From Psilocybe cubensis (taxonomy: Eukaryota), in contig CM039006.1 in assembly GCA_017499595.2 (NCBI GenBank), positions 2,356,001-2,420,000 on the forward strand: a DNA stretch of 64,000 nt, written 5' to 3'. The translations under genes were made by a program, and so were the position numbers. Below are positions 25,281-41,195 of this stretch, piece by piece. Under the pieces are notes generated by a model. It saw only the letters and a list, made by a program, of their open reading frames with translations, did no database searches and was not told the DNA's origin. The stretch's first letter is position 1; each line of letters starts with the position of its first letter.

Positions 25281-25284
25281 GGGA

Positions 25285-25430
25285 GGGATGTCGTAACGTA
25301 GTACTAGGATTAACCGCCTATATTTAATGGGAAGTACTCCTGTTTCAGAATAAAGAACTGCCGTTATCGACCTCGGACCCAAACCCAGTATTCGTCGCAG
25401 ACACTTGATCTGCACCTGTTCCAGGAGTCG
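25285..25430 (-). mobile_element. LINE retrotransposon fragment, region C-terminal to the reverse transcriptase
   Basis: LEQVQIKCLRRILGLGPRSITAVLYSETGVLPIKYRRLIL fits the L..vQ..flRrilG......L..EtG..Pi..R pattern of LINE ORF2. Confidence 0.7.
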
Positions 25431-26073
25431 TAGCAATGACCTGCGATCGCTCCTTCTGTAAGTTCGCATATTGTCTGCGCTTTTTTGTTCGAAGCTGAAT
25501 TTTGGAGCAGCTGGTGTATCCACACGACTGGCGCGAAGATGACTTTGTGGTCTTCCACAACCGTGGAGTTCTGCACACTGTCGTCGGTGCATGCCCTTGA
25601 CCAGGTGCGCGCGTTCCACCAGTGCAACCTCGCTGCATCGGATGAGCCCATGGGCCCTTCAGCCGAAGACGTCCAAACCTATGCTTGAGTTAAGGCGGGT
25701 AATTTGCAAGACTTTCGTAGTCAATGGCATACCATTCCTCGATGTCTGGGTCGTGTTGTTTCCTCAGCATTTCTTGGAGCCTGAATTCCCCGTACCTTGT
25801 CAAGATTGATCATCCCACTTGGGGAGGATATAGACACAGATGTTCCCGCTGGCATCGTCGAAGTCTATCGTGTGTTAATTGTATTGCCAAATAATAGACA
25901 GAGAAAAACATACTGCAAGGGTTATTAAAAAGTTGAGAGGAGATGTACCATCGTCGGCTTGCCGATAAGCAAACAGGGAAGACGAGCATTGGGAATATCT
26001 TCATTGGTATGTAATTCTTTTCTCTTGCCGCGAAGGTGTTGAGCTGATGTCATCTTTTAATTACTTGCGTATA

Positions 26074-26790
26074 GCCGGTCTTGGGGCTGGAGTGACGGAA
26101 GCTGTTGCCATCGTGACGCCCATGGAAGTGGTGAAGATTCCTCTGCAAGCTCAACAACATTCATTGGCCGATCCTCTTGAAGCGCCTCGGTACCGTAATG
26201 CTGGTCATGCTGTGTACACCATCATTCGTGAGGAAGGAATCTCGACATTGTATCGTGGTGTCTCTTTGACGCCACTGAGACAAGCTACAAATCAGGGTAC
26301 GTCTTCATTCGTGAATAGCCGAAGAACGCCTTTCTTAAGGCTTGTGTGTCCACCTTAGGTGCCAACTTCACCGCGTACCAAGAAATCAAGAAGCTCGCGC
26401 ATAAGTACCAGCCAGACTTGGTCGAGCTACCATCCTACCAACACATGATGATTGGTCTTATCTCTGGAGCTATGGGTCCGTTCTCAAATGCACCAATAGA
26501 CACTATCAAAACTCGTACGTCCCTTTTTAACTACACTTTCTTAGCCTCTCTTACTCAAATCAATTATATCAGGTCTACAAAAAGCCAAAGCAACTCCAGG
26601 CCAATCCTCCTTCCAGCGCATATTCGCGATCGCGGCAGATATGTGGAAGATGGAGGGCGTGCGGTCATTCTACAAGGGCATCACCCCCGCGTGCTGCGCG
26701 TGGCACCCGGGCAGGCGATCGTGTTCGCGGTTTATGAACGCGTGAGCGGCGTTATTGAGACGATCAGCCCAAGAGTGAGAGAAGATCTCA
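26074..26790 (+). pseudogene. SFC1: 5'-truncated, intron-containing fragment of a mitochondrial succinate-fumarate carrier gene
   Basis: AGLGAGVTEAVAIVTPMEVVKI.LQAQ, RQATNQGANFTAY, GPFSNAPIDTIKTR, RVAPGQAIVFAVYE. Two introns retained, first carrier repeat missing, frameshift at ~26685. Confidence 0.8.
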
Positions 26791-27863
26791 TCTCCACATG
26801 TATCCCTGCATGGTCATCCACTCTTCCTCCAACCCATGTTATCTCCATGGCTTCCAACGACAGGAGCGCGTCTTCCGAGACGATGATGTAGTCAATGACA
26901 GAGCGGCCTCCGTTGGCCTGACTGGAGGTCCACTGTGGGAACGGCGTTCGGTCGATTGGTGTCCCATTCACGACATGCAGAGAATTCTGCCCCATGATTT
27001 CCAGTAGGCGATTCCCTCTAGCAATGCAGGTATTATCTGGAGACACTCGTACTAAGTGCGATCCCGCTGCTTGTTGCAGGCCTATACGCGCGTTCAGGTC
27101 GCCTATAATCATGTATGCCTTGGATCGCAAGACACAAATATTCGATAGCCTCCCCCAGCCATGTCTTAGGGTCCACATGCGTCCAAGATTCCCATCTGGA
27201 GTTCTCTGGCACAAGATACGAGCAGATTAGGATTAGGGATGGGAGCTCAAGGACCAGTATATCTGGGTGCATGATCTCGTCGCATATTCTATATTTTACA
27301 GTGTCCCGTATAATTACAGTGACGCCGCCCAGGGGGTGCCGCCATGGTCGCGATCGTGCCACTGGATGAAAACCGCGAGGTAGATCCAGAATATCCTCTT
27401 GCCCTGGCGCCATGTGTGTTTCCTGGAAGAAGGTAACATCATTAGATAGTACGAGATCCCTATACATTGGCGTATGGATTGATGCCGCGAGTCCTCCGTT
27501 GCAGTTCCAGGAGGCTACGCTGAATCTGGCGCTGTTTGTTTCTATCAGTGCCCGATGTGTGGAACCCGTCATCGCCGCTCTGCTGTTTGCGTATGCCCTG
27601 AAGTCCTGCGCATCCGCATACACCCGAAATCGGAGCCTGATGCGTCTCGCTTTCCTGGCATGCGTAACTGATACCAAACGTTCCATAGCTAGCCCATTGT
27701 CCTGCATCCATTCTCGCCCCATCCGCAGACGCTCAATTCTTTGGCATTGTAGTGGCCCCCGGAGAACATCTGTAAGATTGACGTCTCTTTCTTGCTGAGT
27801 TGCTTGTGTTGACGACATGCGTGGTGTGATTTCTGTTAGGACCGCTGTGAGTGGAGTTTCCAT
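26790..27863 (-). mobile_element. LINE retrotransposon 5' fragment, APE/EEP endonuclease domain, frameshifted
   Basis: Motifs SWNCNG, FFQETH, GGVTVII, IIGDLNARIG, GNRLL..NG, SVIDYIIVS and DH. Frameshift near 27120-27150. Confidence 0.85.
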
Positions 27864-28547
27864 GATAAGAAGAATTTGTTTTTGGTGATGGTGCGTGTTT
27901 TATCTCTTTTTTTTTCCTTTTCTTTTTTTTACTTCTTTCTCTATGTGCGTGTTTTTATTGACATTGACAGTCTTTTTTTTTTCAATAGGATACCTTCCTG
28001 GACACGGAACCCGTACTGGGAGAGTTCACAGAGGAGGATCTCGAGCAGGAGCAGGATACCTACCAGAAGCCGCAGACGGACGCGGACCGCACGGATGGCG
28101 AAGGGTACGAGACAAACACGGCGCCGTCGCAGTCGCGCAGCTCGTCGATACGCATGGTACAGAGTCAGAGTCAGCTGCAGCAGGGACAAGGGCAGGACTG
28201 AGTCAGCAGGTGCCGGTGCAGCAGGTATCCAAACGGCAAATGCGCGTTAATTTGCCTCTAAAGGTGCTGACGACGCTTGTTTGGTAATAAAAAAAATGTT
28301 GTTTCAAGCTTCATGAAATAACATAGGCCACAGATGTCCGCGAATGTTAAGGAGTTTTATTATTCAGAAATGAGATTATGAGTCTTCAATGAGTATGATA
28401 CAAATATAGCGAATCAAATGGTAAAATTCAGGGATATATGTACAATAATACGAAGCGATAGCGATAAACCGAAAGCAACAAGAAAGCAACAAGAAAGCAA
28501 CAAGAAAATGAAGAAAAGATAACAACAAGAAAAACCCGCCGGGGCGC

Positions 28548-29091
28548 CTAGTCGGTGCGGACAGGAGCGACATCGTATGTCTCGCACATTGCGAGATACA
28601 GGGCTCGCGCAGGGTAGGTGGCACGTATTTGGGCCTCGATTGCGATATCGTTGAGAACTTTCTTGCGCTCAAGTTCGAAGCGGTCGAGCTGAATTTCGTG
28701 CGCTTCCGATGTACCAGGCCGAGTACGTGCGCTTCGATTGTCGAGAATTTTTTTCAGGGTTTTAATCTCCTGGCGAACGCGGATGAGTTCCTCGAAATCG
28801 GCGTCGTTGGCTGGTGAGTGTTGAGCCTCCATGTCGCTGATCAACTTTCCTCCTGAAAGGAGCGGTAAGACGCTGTTCAAAGCTACAAATACTCACTGGC
28901 ATACCGCTACGATTTCGCAGAACAACTGGCGCTTCGCTATTTTTGTTGATGTAGCGAGCTATCGCCCCGAAGGCGGGCCCTCCGTACGTGCATAACCACT
29001 CCACGATCTCGCATCCCGACGCGAATCCGTATTTGATGCCGTTGACGAAGGAAACGATGGTGGAAAAGATGTTGGAGACTATTGTGGACAT
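28548..29091 (-). CDS. Small two-exon hypothetical protein with a coiled-coil segment
   Basis: The MSTIVSNIF.. exon ends at a GTGAGT donor (~28896). The second exon reads ..FEELIRVRQEIKTLKKILD..FELERKKVLNDIAIEAQIR.. A GTGA microsatellite lies upstream. Confidence 0.45.
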
Positions 29092-29619
29092 GGTACGAAT
29101 ATCGATGTTGATAGAGGGCGTGATGAGCGAGGACGATGAATGAATGTGTTTGAGCGAGTGAGAGCGAGTGTGGTGAGTGTGGTGAGTGAGTGTGAGTGAG
29201 TGTGGTGAGTGAGTGGGAGTGTGGTGAGTGATAAGAGACTGCGAGAAAGTTGTTCTGAGAGACATCAATTCATAGAAGGCAATGGCAAACGATGGCAAAC
29301 GAATAAAATACATTGATGTGAGTATATACATTGCTACTACAGTGAAATAGAGACTCAGGTTCTAGAAATAAGAAGGGAGAAAAGCAGCTTTGACTGTGTA
29401 GCATTTGTCAATTTATGTGTATGGTAGTAGGACACACCCGAGCCCCAAAAATACATATATTTCACTCGAAAATACGTTTTTTCTCGCTGAATAAACATGC
29501 GTCACTGATACAGCGTTATTGAATGAAGAGCGTGTTCTCGTCGCTGAATACACAAGCGCCTAAGTAGCGTTGGTGAGGTGTGTCGCTTATCACCGAGACG
29601 CCAAAATAGCCGTAAAATC

Positions 29620-30118
29620 GCTGGGCGTGTCGCTCAACGCGCGCCGATCGCGCGTCAAGCGCGCGCTGATCGCGCGAGGAGGCGCGCGCTGAGCGGCACG
29701 ATGAGCGTGTCGATGTCTGTTTGACAATCTGTTTGATTTCAAACAGATATTATGTTTGATTTCTTACACAACTTATGTTTGATGTTTATGGTCGATAACA
29801 TACAGAATATACGGATGATTTCATGCACAAATTATCAAACAGGAGTTATATTTGGAATCAAACACTATTTATCAAACACAATGTACGTTTGTTATCTTAC
29901 AGCGAACTTGACAGATTTTCTGTCAAGCCCGTGTTCTTTGACAAACAGGCGTCAAACATACGTTGTGTTTGATATCACATGCCTATCAAACATAACTTAT
30001 GTTTGATGCTTGTTTGTCAGCAAACACAACTTATGTTTGACATCAAACATCGTCTTCTTACATAATATGTGTTTGATTGACGATGTTTGACATCAAACAT
30101 GTATCGGAGCCCGCAGTG
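29620..30118. mobile_element. Putative right terminus of a CACTA/EnSpm-type transposon with subterminal repeats
   Basis: About 15 copies of TGTTTGA/TCAAACA in both orientations (29718-30100), ending at ..GCCCGCAGTG (CACTG on the minus strand). A GC-rich palindromic tract lies at 29630-29700. No partner end found in the window. Confidence 0.4.
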
Positions 30119-30436
30119 TATGTTATTATTTGAATTATACAAATATATGGTCAAATTTTACAAAAAGGATGCATTCAAAAATATATGACAAAAAAAGGAT
30201 ACATTTGTTGTCAAAAAACATACACAAGACCAGCACCATATGGTCCACCATGTGGTTGGACATGCCGGGTATGATCCACGCGTGATCCGGCAACCTTTTT
30301 GTTTGGTCTTGGGAGCGTAACGCTCTTGCTTTCATTATGTCACAGATCACGTGCAATCAAACACGCTATGTCACATCACACATACGACTGCCAAACATCG
30401 CCGAATACATGTACCACGCGTTGCCATTGTGAAACT

Positions 30437-33400
30437 ATGTCGCAAATGTATGGCAATGGAAAGGAAATGGAAGACACAGGTATGTAACACAGAACTTATT
30501 GTCACGTATATTCTAAATAAACTTCAATTCATTCAGATCAAGTGGATCCTGGTTTCATCTCCTTTTTTACAAAACTTCCCAGCAAGTCTCCTGAATTAGG
30601 AACACTTCGACTGTTTCTTCGCACCTCCAACGACCAATATTACGCGGCGTATGGACCTGACGCATACTATGTGGCACAGAACGTTTATCACACCAACTCC
30701 GTCATTAAGTATTTGGGGGCGGGTGGGCGGTCGTCCGGTTTAGCCAGTGTTTCCATGAAGGTTTCAGTAGCACATATGCTACTTCGCGATGCCCTGACCA
30801 CAAAACAGCTGAGGGTGGAGATTTGGGTACCAGATGCGGGCCAAGGGAAAAAGTCTGTCAAGTTTCGGTTGGACAAGGAGGTGAGCTGCTTGATTTCTCC
30901 ACATTTTGGGTACAAGGATGCAAACGTCGTTCATCGTCCAGGCATCCCCCGGAAACCTACAGGCTGTCGAAGATCTTTTATTTGTCAATTCCGACTTCGT
31001 TTCTGCACCCATTGTGATGGCCATCAAATTGGCGACCGCGCCGTTAGCGGAGTCCACTCACACCAAGGTTCGATCGGTCGGAGTAGCCTTTGCGGATACA
31101 ACGAGTCGAGAGATCGGAGTCTCGGACTTCATTGATAATGAATTATTTTCAAACCTTGAGGTAATGAATTCACTTCCCATATTGAATGCCATCTACCTCA
31201 GCTTTGCATATCTAGTCACTCGTCATCCAACTTTCCGTCAAAGAAGCCGTCATCCCAACTGGCACAATATCTGGCACAACTGATCGCGACATAGATCTCA
31301 ACAAGCTGAGAGCTGTTTTGGATCGATGTGGTGTCGTAGTAACTGAGCGAAAGCCAAGTAAGTTATTTAAACCTTCGTGTTTGAACAATTTTGACTGTCC
31401 AATGGTTTGAAGGCGAATTTACGGTGAAGACTTTATCACACGACCTACCACAACTTCTGAAAAGCCATGTTGGGCCATCTTCGACTGCCGATTCAAGCAC
31501 AACTATATGTAAGCCATTTTTATCACCTTCGAGAATCACCACCCTGACTATTCCTAGCTCAATTGACGTTACCCACCGCTCCATCCGCACTATCTGCTCT
31601 GTTGCTTTATCTATCCCTTCTCAACGACACATCCAATCATGGGATGTATTCTATCAAAACTCATGATCTTGCCCAGTACATGAAGCTCGATGCAAGTGCA
31701 CTTCGAGCTCTAAATTTGGTGGAGGGACCAAACAAACTGGTTTGTTTCTCATTTTTTATTTACAAGTGTTCTCAGAAACGACGAATCATTGTTAGACCTC
31801 CAATCAAAATACAACTCTGTTTGGCGTTCTGGACAAATGCAAGACTGCCCAAGGGTCTCGATTACTTGGGACATGGCTGAAGCAACCGCTGATCAATTTA
31901 CATGAGATATGTACGCACCCATTTTTGTGGTATCACACATCTTCTCACTATTTTCCACTATTTTCTCAGGCAAACGGCAAAATTTAGTTCAAATCTTCGC
32001 GAACGATACGAATAGCCGACGTACACTCCAGGTTAGAAGCGATTTTTGTAGTAGGTTTTTTATCTAACAATCGTCTAGGACGAGTATATGAAAGCCATGC
32101 CGGACCTCCTTCGGATCTGCAAAAGATTTTTGAAGTCGATAGCAACGCTGGAAGACGTTGTCCGGGTCTACCAAGTGGTCCTCAAGGTATCGTTGGTTAC
32201 CTCAAACTTAATTTTTCCTACTGTCTCATATCTTTTCAGATTCCTGGAATGATCGAATCCCTGGGTGGTATTCAGTCTGACGATGAACAGGATTCTGTTC
32301 TCTTAGAAGAAGTATATCTCAATGGTATCAAGGTAAACAGACTTGTCCGTGTGTACCTACACATTTTTTCACTCAAGGCTTTTAGGAATGTGAATCAAGT
32401 CTCGAGAAATATGGTGAAATGGTAGAGCAGACATTGGATCTCAAAGAGCTCGACAACCACAACTATCTTATAAAGCCTGACTATGATCCTCGTCTGCAAG
32501 AGCTGGCAGAAAAGTTGGCAGAGGTGAGGAGATCCATCGATTTAGTAGTATAATCATACTCATAATTTCCAGATACGGGACGGGTTGGACGAAGAGCATC
32601 GCAAAACGGGAGAAGAGCTTGATCTGGAGCTGGACAAGAAACTTCACCTCGAGAATAACCAGGTTTACGGATATTGCTTTAGGTTGACCAAAAATGTCTC
32701 TTTCAAATCTTTTTACGATTATCAACACCCACTCAAAGTGTTACTTTTTTCAGGACGCCAAAAATCTCCCCAAGCGCTATATAGAACTGGGGACCAACAA
32801 GAGCGGCGTTTACTTCACAACGAGCCGCCTCAAACAGCACGCAGAGGATTTCAAGGAAGCTTCCGCAGCTTACGCCAAAACTCAACATGGGGTAGTAAAA
32901 CAAGTCATAGAAATAGCTGGTATGCATAACGTCAATTCCTTTGAGAAGTTTAGACTCATCTGCGTATGGATAAGCTACTTATACCCCGGTTTTGGAGACG
33001 CTAAACACTATACTGGCTCATCTCGATGTCATCCTCAGGTAAGTGATGGAATCATGCATGTGATTCACGTATCAGGCTCACTGCTCCTAGTTTTGCTCAC
33101 GTCGCAGTTAACAATCAATATGTCAAACCGGAAGTTATGAAGCAAGGTAAGCATTGGACTTCAGTTTGGCGTTCTGATTACTTATTCTTACCTCCAGGAT
33201 CCGGAAGCCTTGTCCTAAATGAAGCCAGGCATCCCTGTCTCGAACTCCAAGAAGGGATTGCGTTTATTCCTAACGATGTTGAGATGATCAAAGGTATTTT
33301 CTCCTTTAGAACTGTTGATTATCCGTGAATAATGCGCGCATATACGATACAGACAAAAGTGAATTTCAAATCATAAGTCAGTCTAGACAACTTAATATTT

Positions 33401-34645
33401 CGATATCTCGTTTTGAACGTTTTCTGCCTTTGTAGCTGGACCCAACATGGGTGGAAAGTCCACCTATATTCGTCAAGTGTGTTTCCTCGGTGGTTATACC
33501 TGTTATTGTTCATACCTAATATCATCACAGGTCGGAGTCATCGTTTTGATGGCTCAGATAGGCTCTTTTGTACCATGTGCAAGCGCACAAATACCTGTTT
33601 TCGACTCTATTCTCTGCAGAGTGGGCGCCGGAGACAGTCAGCTAAAAGGTGTATCGACCTTTATGGCTGAAATGCTAGAGACTGCTACCATTCTTCGGGT
33701 AACCAATGATCTCCTTCATAGTGGGTGATATATCAATTAATTCCTGTTGTTTTTTAGTCAGCAACAAGAGATTCGTTAGTCATCATTGACGAACTTGGGC
33801 GAGGTCGGTGATATTACGAATTATTTTTGACGACAATCTCAGTTTTGCTTTAATTAATAAGGTACTTCGACGTACGATGGTTTTGGACTAGCATGGGCCA
33901 TATCCGAGTGCGTTTCAATGTTTGGTTCACCTTTTCTCTATGGGCGACTCAGTTACCTTCCAGATATATTGCCTCTCAAATACATGCATTTTGCATGTTT
34001 GCAACCCATTTCCATGAGCTGACAAGTTTGGACCAACAAATTCCACACGTCAAGAACCTTCACGTCGTTGCACACGTCACAGAATCCGATAAAGGGACTG
34101 TCGATCAAGATATAGCCCTCTTGTATAAAGTGGAACCAGGTAATATACGCATATATTTGAACTTTGACCAGCAATAAATCCGTCCTCTCAGGAATATCCG
34201 ACCAGAGTTTCGGCATTCACGTTGCAGAGTTGGCTAATTTCCCGCAAGATGTTATAAAGGTACTTAAACCACCTCTCAGTTCCATGTTCAACCGCTCAAT
34301 GCCACTGTCTTCCAGCTTGCTAAGAAAAACGCACAAGAGCTAGAAGATTACAACGATAGTGAGCGTCACTAGCCCTGGTTGTCGATACCTAACTAATCCA
34401 CCCTTCTCACAGGCGAACCCACCAAAGAATTTAGTCCCGATGTTGTCAATTCCGGAATCAGCATAATGGAAGATTTTTTCCGAAAATGGTCCTCAGACAA
34501 CGGAGAGAATGGCGACGAAGATGTGAATATGGACGACGACGACGACGACGAAGTCCAGCTCAACAACTTAAAAAAGCATGTGAACGAAATCCGCCCACTC
34601 ATTCAGGAGAACCCGTGGTTACAATCGATCATCACTGCCCTGTAG
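30437..34645 (+). CDS. MSH2: DNA mismatch repair protein MutS homolog 2, many introns
   Basis: [111 protein letters not shown]. Confidence 0.97.
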
Positions 34646-34769
34646 ACTTCTACTTAACATTGCTCGCTTTCACGTCCTATATCATCGTCGTAATGCTGTC
34701 TTTACTCTCTATCTAAGCGCACCTTGTAAATACATAAGTACAATTGATACCATTATATTATACGAATAA

Positions 34770-37806
<3,037 letters not shown>

Positions 37807-37904
37807 CCTCAATACTGTGGAAGGGTAGACCAAGTGTTGGAGGATTTTCTGCATAAAGTGACTCCGATCAATAATTGCATGTGACGACAATCTCTTTCGA
37901 CAGC

Positions 37905-38690
37905 CTCGATGCTCTCAGGGACACCGGTGACCTTTCTTTGTCCATTCTCTCTACCGAAAAGATGTATGTTATCGAATCTATCTCTCATAGCATGTCTCAA
38001 GACAATGAACCCCGACCCCCAGCTGACCGACGTTTCCTTCTTTACTGCTTTCTCGAAGACACGGGGTTTTCAGCGACCATCCAATCGCGAAGAAAGGGTC
38101 CCCAACTTCTCGCAATCTCGTGTATACTCAGATTGTCACGTCTTGATGGAGACCAAACTTATCTGTTTCTCTTGAGCTACTTCGCTGGCATAGATCAATG
38201 CATACAAGACTTGAAGCATCCATAATAACCCGTTGGAGGACTTACAAGTCAAGAATTCATGCTTAAATTCAACCCACTATCGCTGTAGCACATCCTCGAT
38301 TCTCTCAGGCCACCGGTCAGACCTTTCTTTGTCCATTCTCTATACCGAAAAGATGTACGTCATCGATTTTCTCTCTCAATAGCCTATCTCAAGACAATGA
38401 ACTCCGCCCCCCCAGCTGACCATTAATGTCCGTCATTTCTTATCAAGGGCTGTCTCGAAGACACGGAGTTTTTCAATGACCGCGAGGAATGAGGGCTACA
38501 AACTCCTCTCTGTCTCCTGTATATTACTGTCACTTCTTGATGGGGACCAAACTTACCTTGTTCTTTTAATCTAATTTGCTCGCATCGATCGATGGATTCA
38601 AGACTTGAAGCCTCGATAATCACCCGCTGGAGGACTCGACTTGTGTCGAAAATTCATCCTTGAATATTCAAACAACCCAATATTGTTGTA
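37905..38690. repeat. Diverged ~390-bp tandem direct repeat in the NCL1/decarboxylase divergent intergenic region
   Basis: 37905-38290 resembles 38295-38690 (GACCTTTCTTTGTCCATTCTCT..ACCGAAAAGATGTA..CTCAAGACAATGAAC..CCCCAGCTGACC). A third copy, split by the Helentron, lies at ~41055-41095 and 46219-46550. Confidence 0.8.
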
Positions 38691-39103
38691 GGAGCATCGC
38701 TCGTTTTAGCAATCATGGTCAACATGTCAATAGGACACTCAGCTCTGGAGTTTTATGGCACCGAATATCCTATATCTGGAGCCGACTAGAAGATCCCAAA
38801 CCATTGCCCTCATCAATTCCAAGAACTCTTTCACGGCATTGACATCATTCATTCATCATTGCTCGACATGGATTCGTTGATGTGCTGATATTTTTACTCT
38901 CCAAAACAACCCTTTTTGTCAGGTTGATTTATTTTAGACAATACGCAGGGAATAAACGAGGCGGCATGACCCGATGTATTATCTATATAACCTCGATACC
39001 AGTTCACAAATTATTCAGTCGTCTCACCACAACGAAATCAAACGCAGCAGGTATTCTTCTCTCCTCACTTATGAGCTTGACTAACGGTTGGTCTCAATAG
39101 TCA

Positions 39104-40500
39104 ATGGTACATCAAACAGCACTCAGTCGCTACGGTGGATGGCTTCCAAAAAGCCGCAAAATCCACAAGGCTTTTATTGACGAGCAAGTCAAGCGAGCCA
39201 AGCTTAGGCCTGTCAGAAATGTAGAAGAACTCGAGCCATCTGTCGCCGCTTTTAAAAATGCAATAGACTCTGATCCCGTCATGAAGAGTTTAATGACCAA
39301 GATATTCGAACAAGTATCACCGGAGAATCTGGTTCGTTTTCTGGGTTTATGACTGATCAGATTTACCGTCTAATTATTTAACTTTGGATATATTCAATTT
39401 AGATTCCAGATTTTGACAGCTTGGTAACCATGATGAACAATGTTATTGGCGAAGCTCCCAAATTCCAGATTTTACCAGGACTCGAATCAGAGCCCATCGG
39501 TGTTCCAATGTATCTGCTATTTGACTTGCTCAGTAACACTGGTGCTGCATATGATCTCTTCCGCATGCCCGCTTTCAATATCGCCTTGAAAAACGTTCTC
39601 GACGCTTGGGGTGAATATCTCACAACAGATGCATCAAACTCGACCCTTACAGATAAGCCTGAGGGTTGGTTCGGGAAGATAGCCCTAAAGTCGCTCGAGG
39701 ACGGTCGCGGGGACTTCAATTCGACCTATATCACCCCTGATCCCGAGGCTGTCAACCGCGGCTACCAGTCCTGGGACGAGTTCTTCACTCGTAAATTACA
39801 GCCAAACGTTCGTCCTATCGACGATCCCCTGAACAACTGTCTCATCCACAGTGCCTGCGAATCTACACCCTATCGCATCCCATCCCCATCGGAAAGTGTC
39901 AAAGCACACGACCAATTCTGGCTGAAAGGCCAACCTTACTCGCTCTGGGACATGTTCAACTTCGGACCCGGTCACAATGACGAACGCCAATTCTACGTTG
40001 AAAAATTTGTAGGCGGCAAAGTATATCAAGCATTCCTTTCACCTCAGGACTACCACCGCTGGCACAGCCCTGTCAACGGCACGATTGTCAAGACTTTCAC
40101 TCTTCCCGGCACATACTATGCTGTACTACCAGACAATGGTGCAGAGCCAGACGACCCTTCTCTCGAAGAACGTGATCCCCATGGAGCCTTGATCCGTTCT
40201 CAGGCATGGCTCACTATGAATGCTGCACGCGCCATCATCTTCATCGAAGCCGACAACCCAGATATCGGCCTCTTGTGTTTCATCGGCGTGGGCATGGCAG
40301 AGGTGTCTACTTGCGATGTAACTGTCAAGGATCAGCAACAAGTCAAAATCGGCGACGAGCTTGGGATGTTCCATTTCGGTGGCTCATCTCACGCCTTGAT
40401 CTTTGGTCCCCACGTCAATATTACGTTTTTCGACGACGTAGTTATCGACCAACACCTTTGGGTAAACTCTATCATCGCTGGAGTCGAACCCCGCAAGTAA
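39104..40500 (+). CDS. Soluble phosphatidylserine-decarboxylase-family (PsiD-like) pyruvoyl decarboxylase, intact
   Basis: N-terminal GGWLP..., SWDEFFTR, SACES, KGQPYSL, FLSPQDYHRWHSPVNG, IFIEADN..IG, GMAEVSTC and the autocleavage motif FHFGGSS. One coding intron at ~39331-39402. Confidence 0.9.
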
Positions 40501-40804
40501 ATTTCTTTAAATGTCCGATACGAACGTGTTGGACAATAAACCTCACAGTCAATGTTTCTCGCTGGTCTAAGTGTTACATAGGCATATTCAAAAAAATTTG
40601 TGCTACGTATTTTCTTCTGCTGTATCAATAAAATTCAATAAAGTTTTTAAAATTACGGTGTTACCTCCGATTATCCAAGTGTTGGAACATTATGCGAGAA
40701 GCGATCTCATTCTCAACAGCCAAATCATGGTTATATTTGTTCCTGTGCACAAAAAACAGGTCAGACGCATGCTGGTTCCACCACTATCTCTCCAATCATT
40801 CTTT

Positions 40805-41060
40805 ACTCGCAAAAAGGCGCTCGTTGGACATTTCAATTGTCTCAATGAGATCGGTTCTGTCATCCTCGGGCTTGCGGGCGCAGGCTTTTACTCCCTTTCT
40901 CTTCTGATATCATTCTTCAGCGACAGAGATAATGTTATGAACGGACCTTGAATTTGCCCATCGTGGACTGAGGGTAGACCAAGTGTTGGGGGAATTTCTG
41001 CATACAATGACTCCGATCAATTGCGTGTGACAACAATCTCCGTCGACAACAACCTCAGCC
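40805..41060 (-). pseudogene. Duplicated 5' fragment of NCL1 (first exon, intron, start of exon 2 and upstream DNA)
   Basis: Closely matches 37647-37920 (AAAAGGCGCTCGTTGGACAT..CTCAATGAGATCGGTTCTGTCATCCT.GGGCTTGCGGGCGC). Confidence 0.85.
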
Positions 41061-41195
41061 TCGATGCTCTCAGAACACCTTCGTCCATTCTCTATACTTG
41101 TTTTAGTGGGCCACCGCGGAGCGTGGCATGACGAGTCTTTACGATTCAGCGTCACGCTTTGTAATAATATAATATATATATAATATAATATAAAT

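Noticed and set aside
37905-38690. LTR pair or solo LTRs
   Set aside because: The repeats are directly adjacent, and I saw no TG..CA ends, primer-binding site, polypurine tract or target duplication. Looks like a local tandem duplication.
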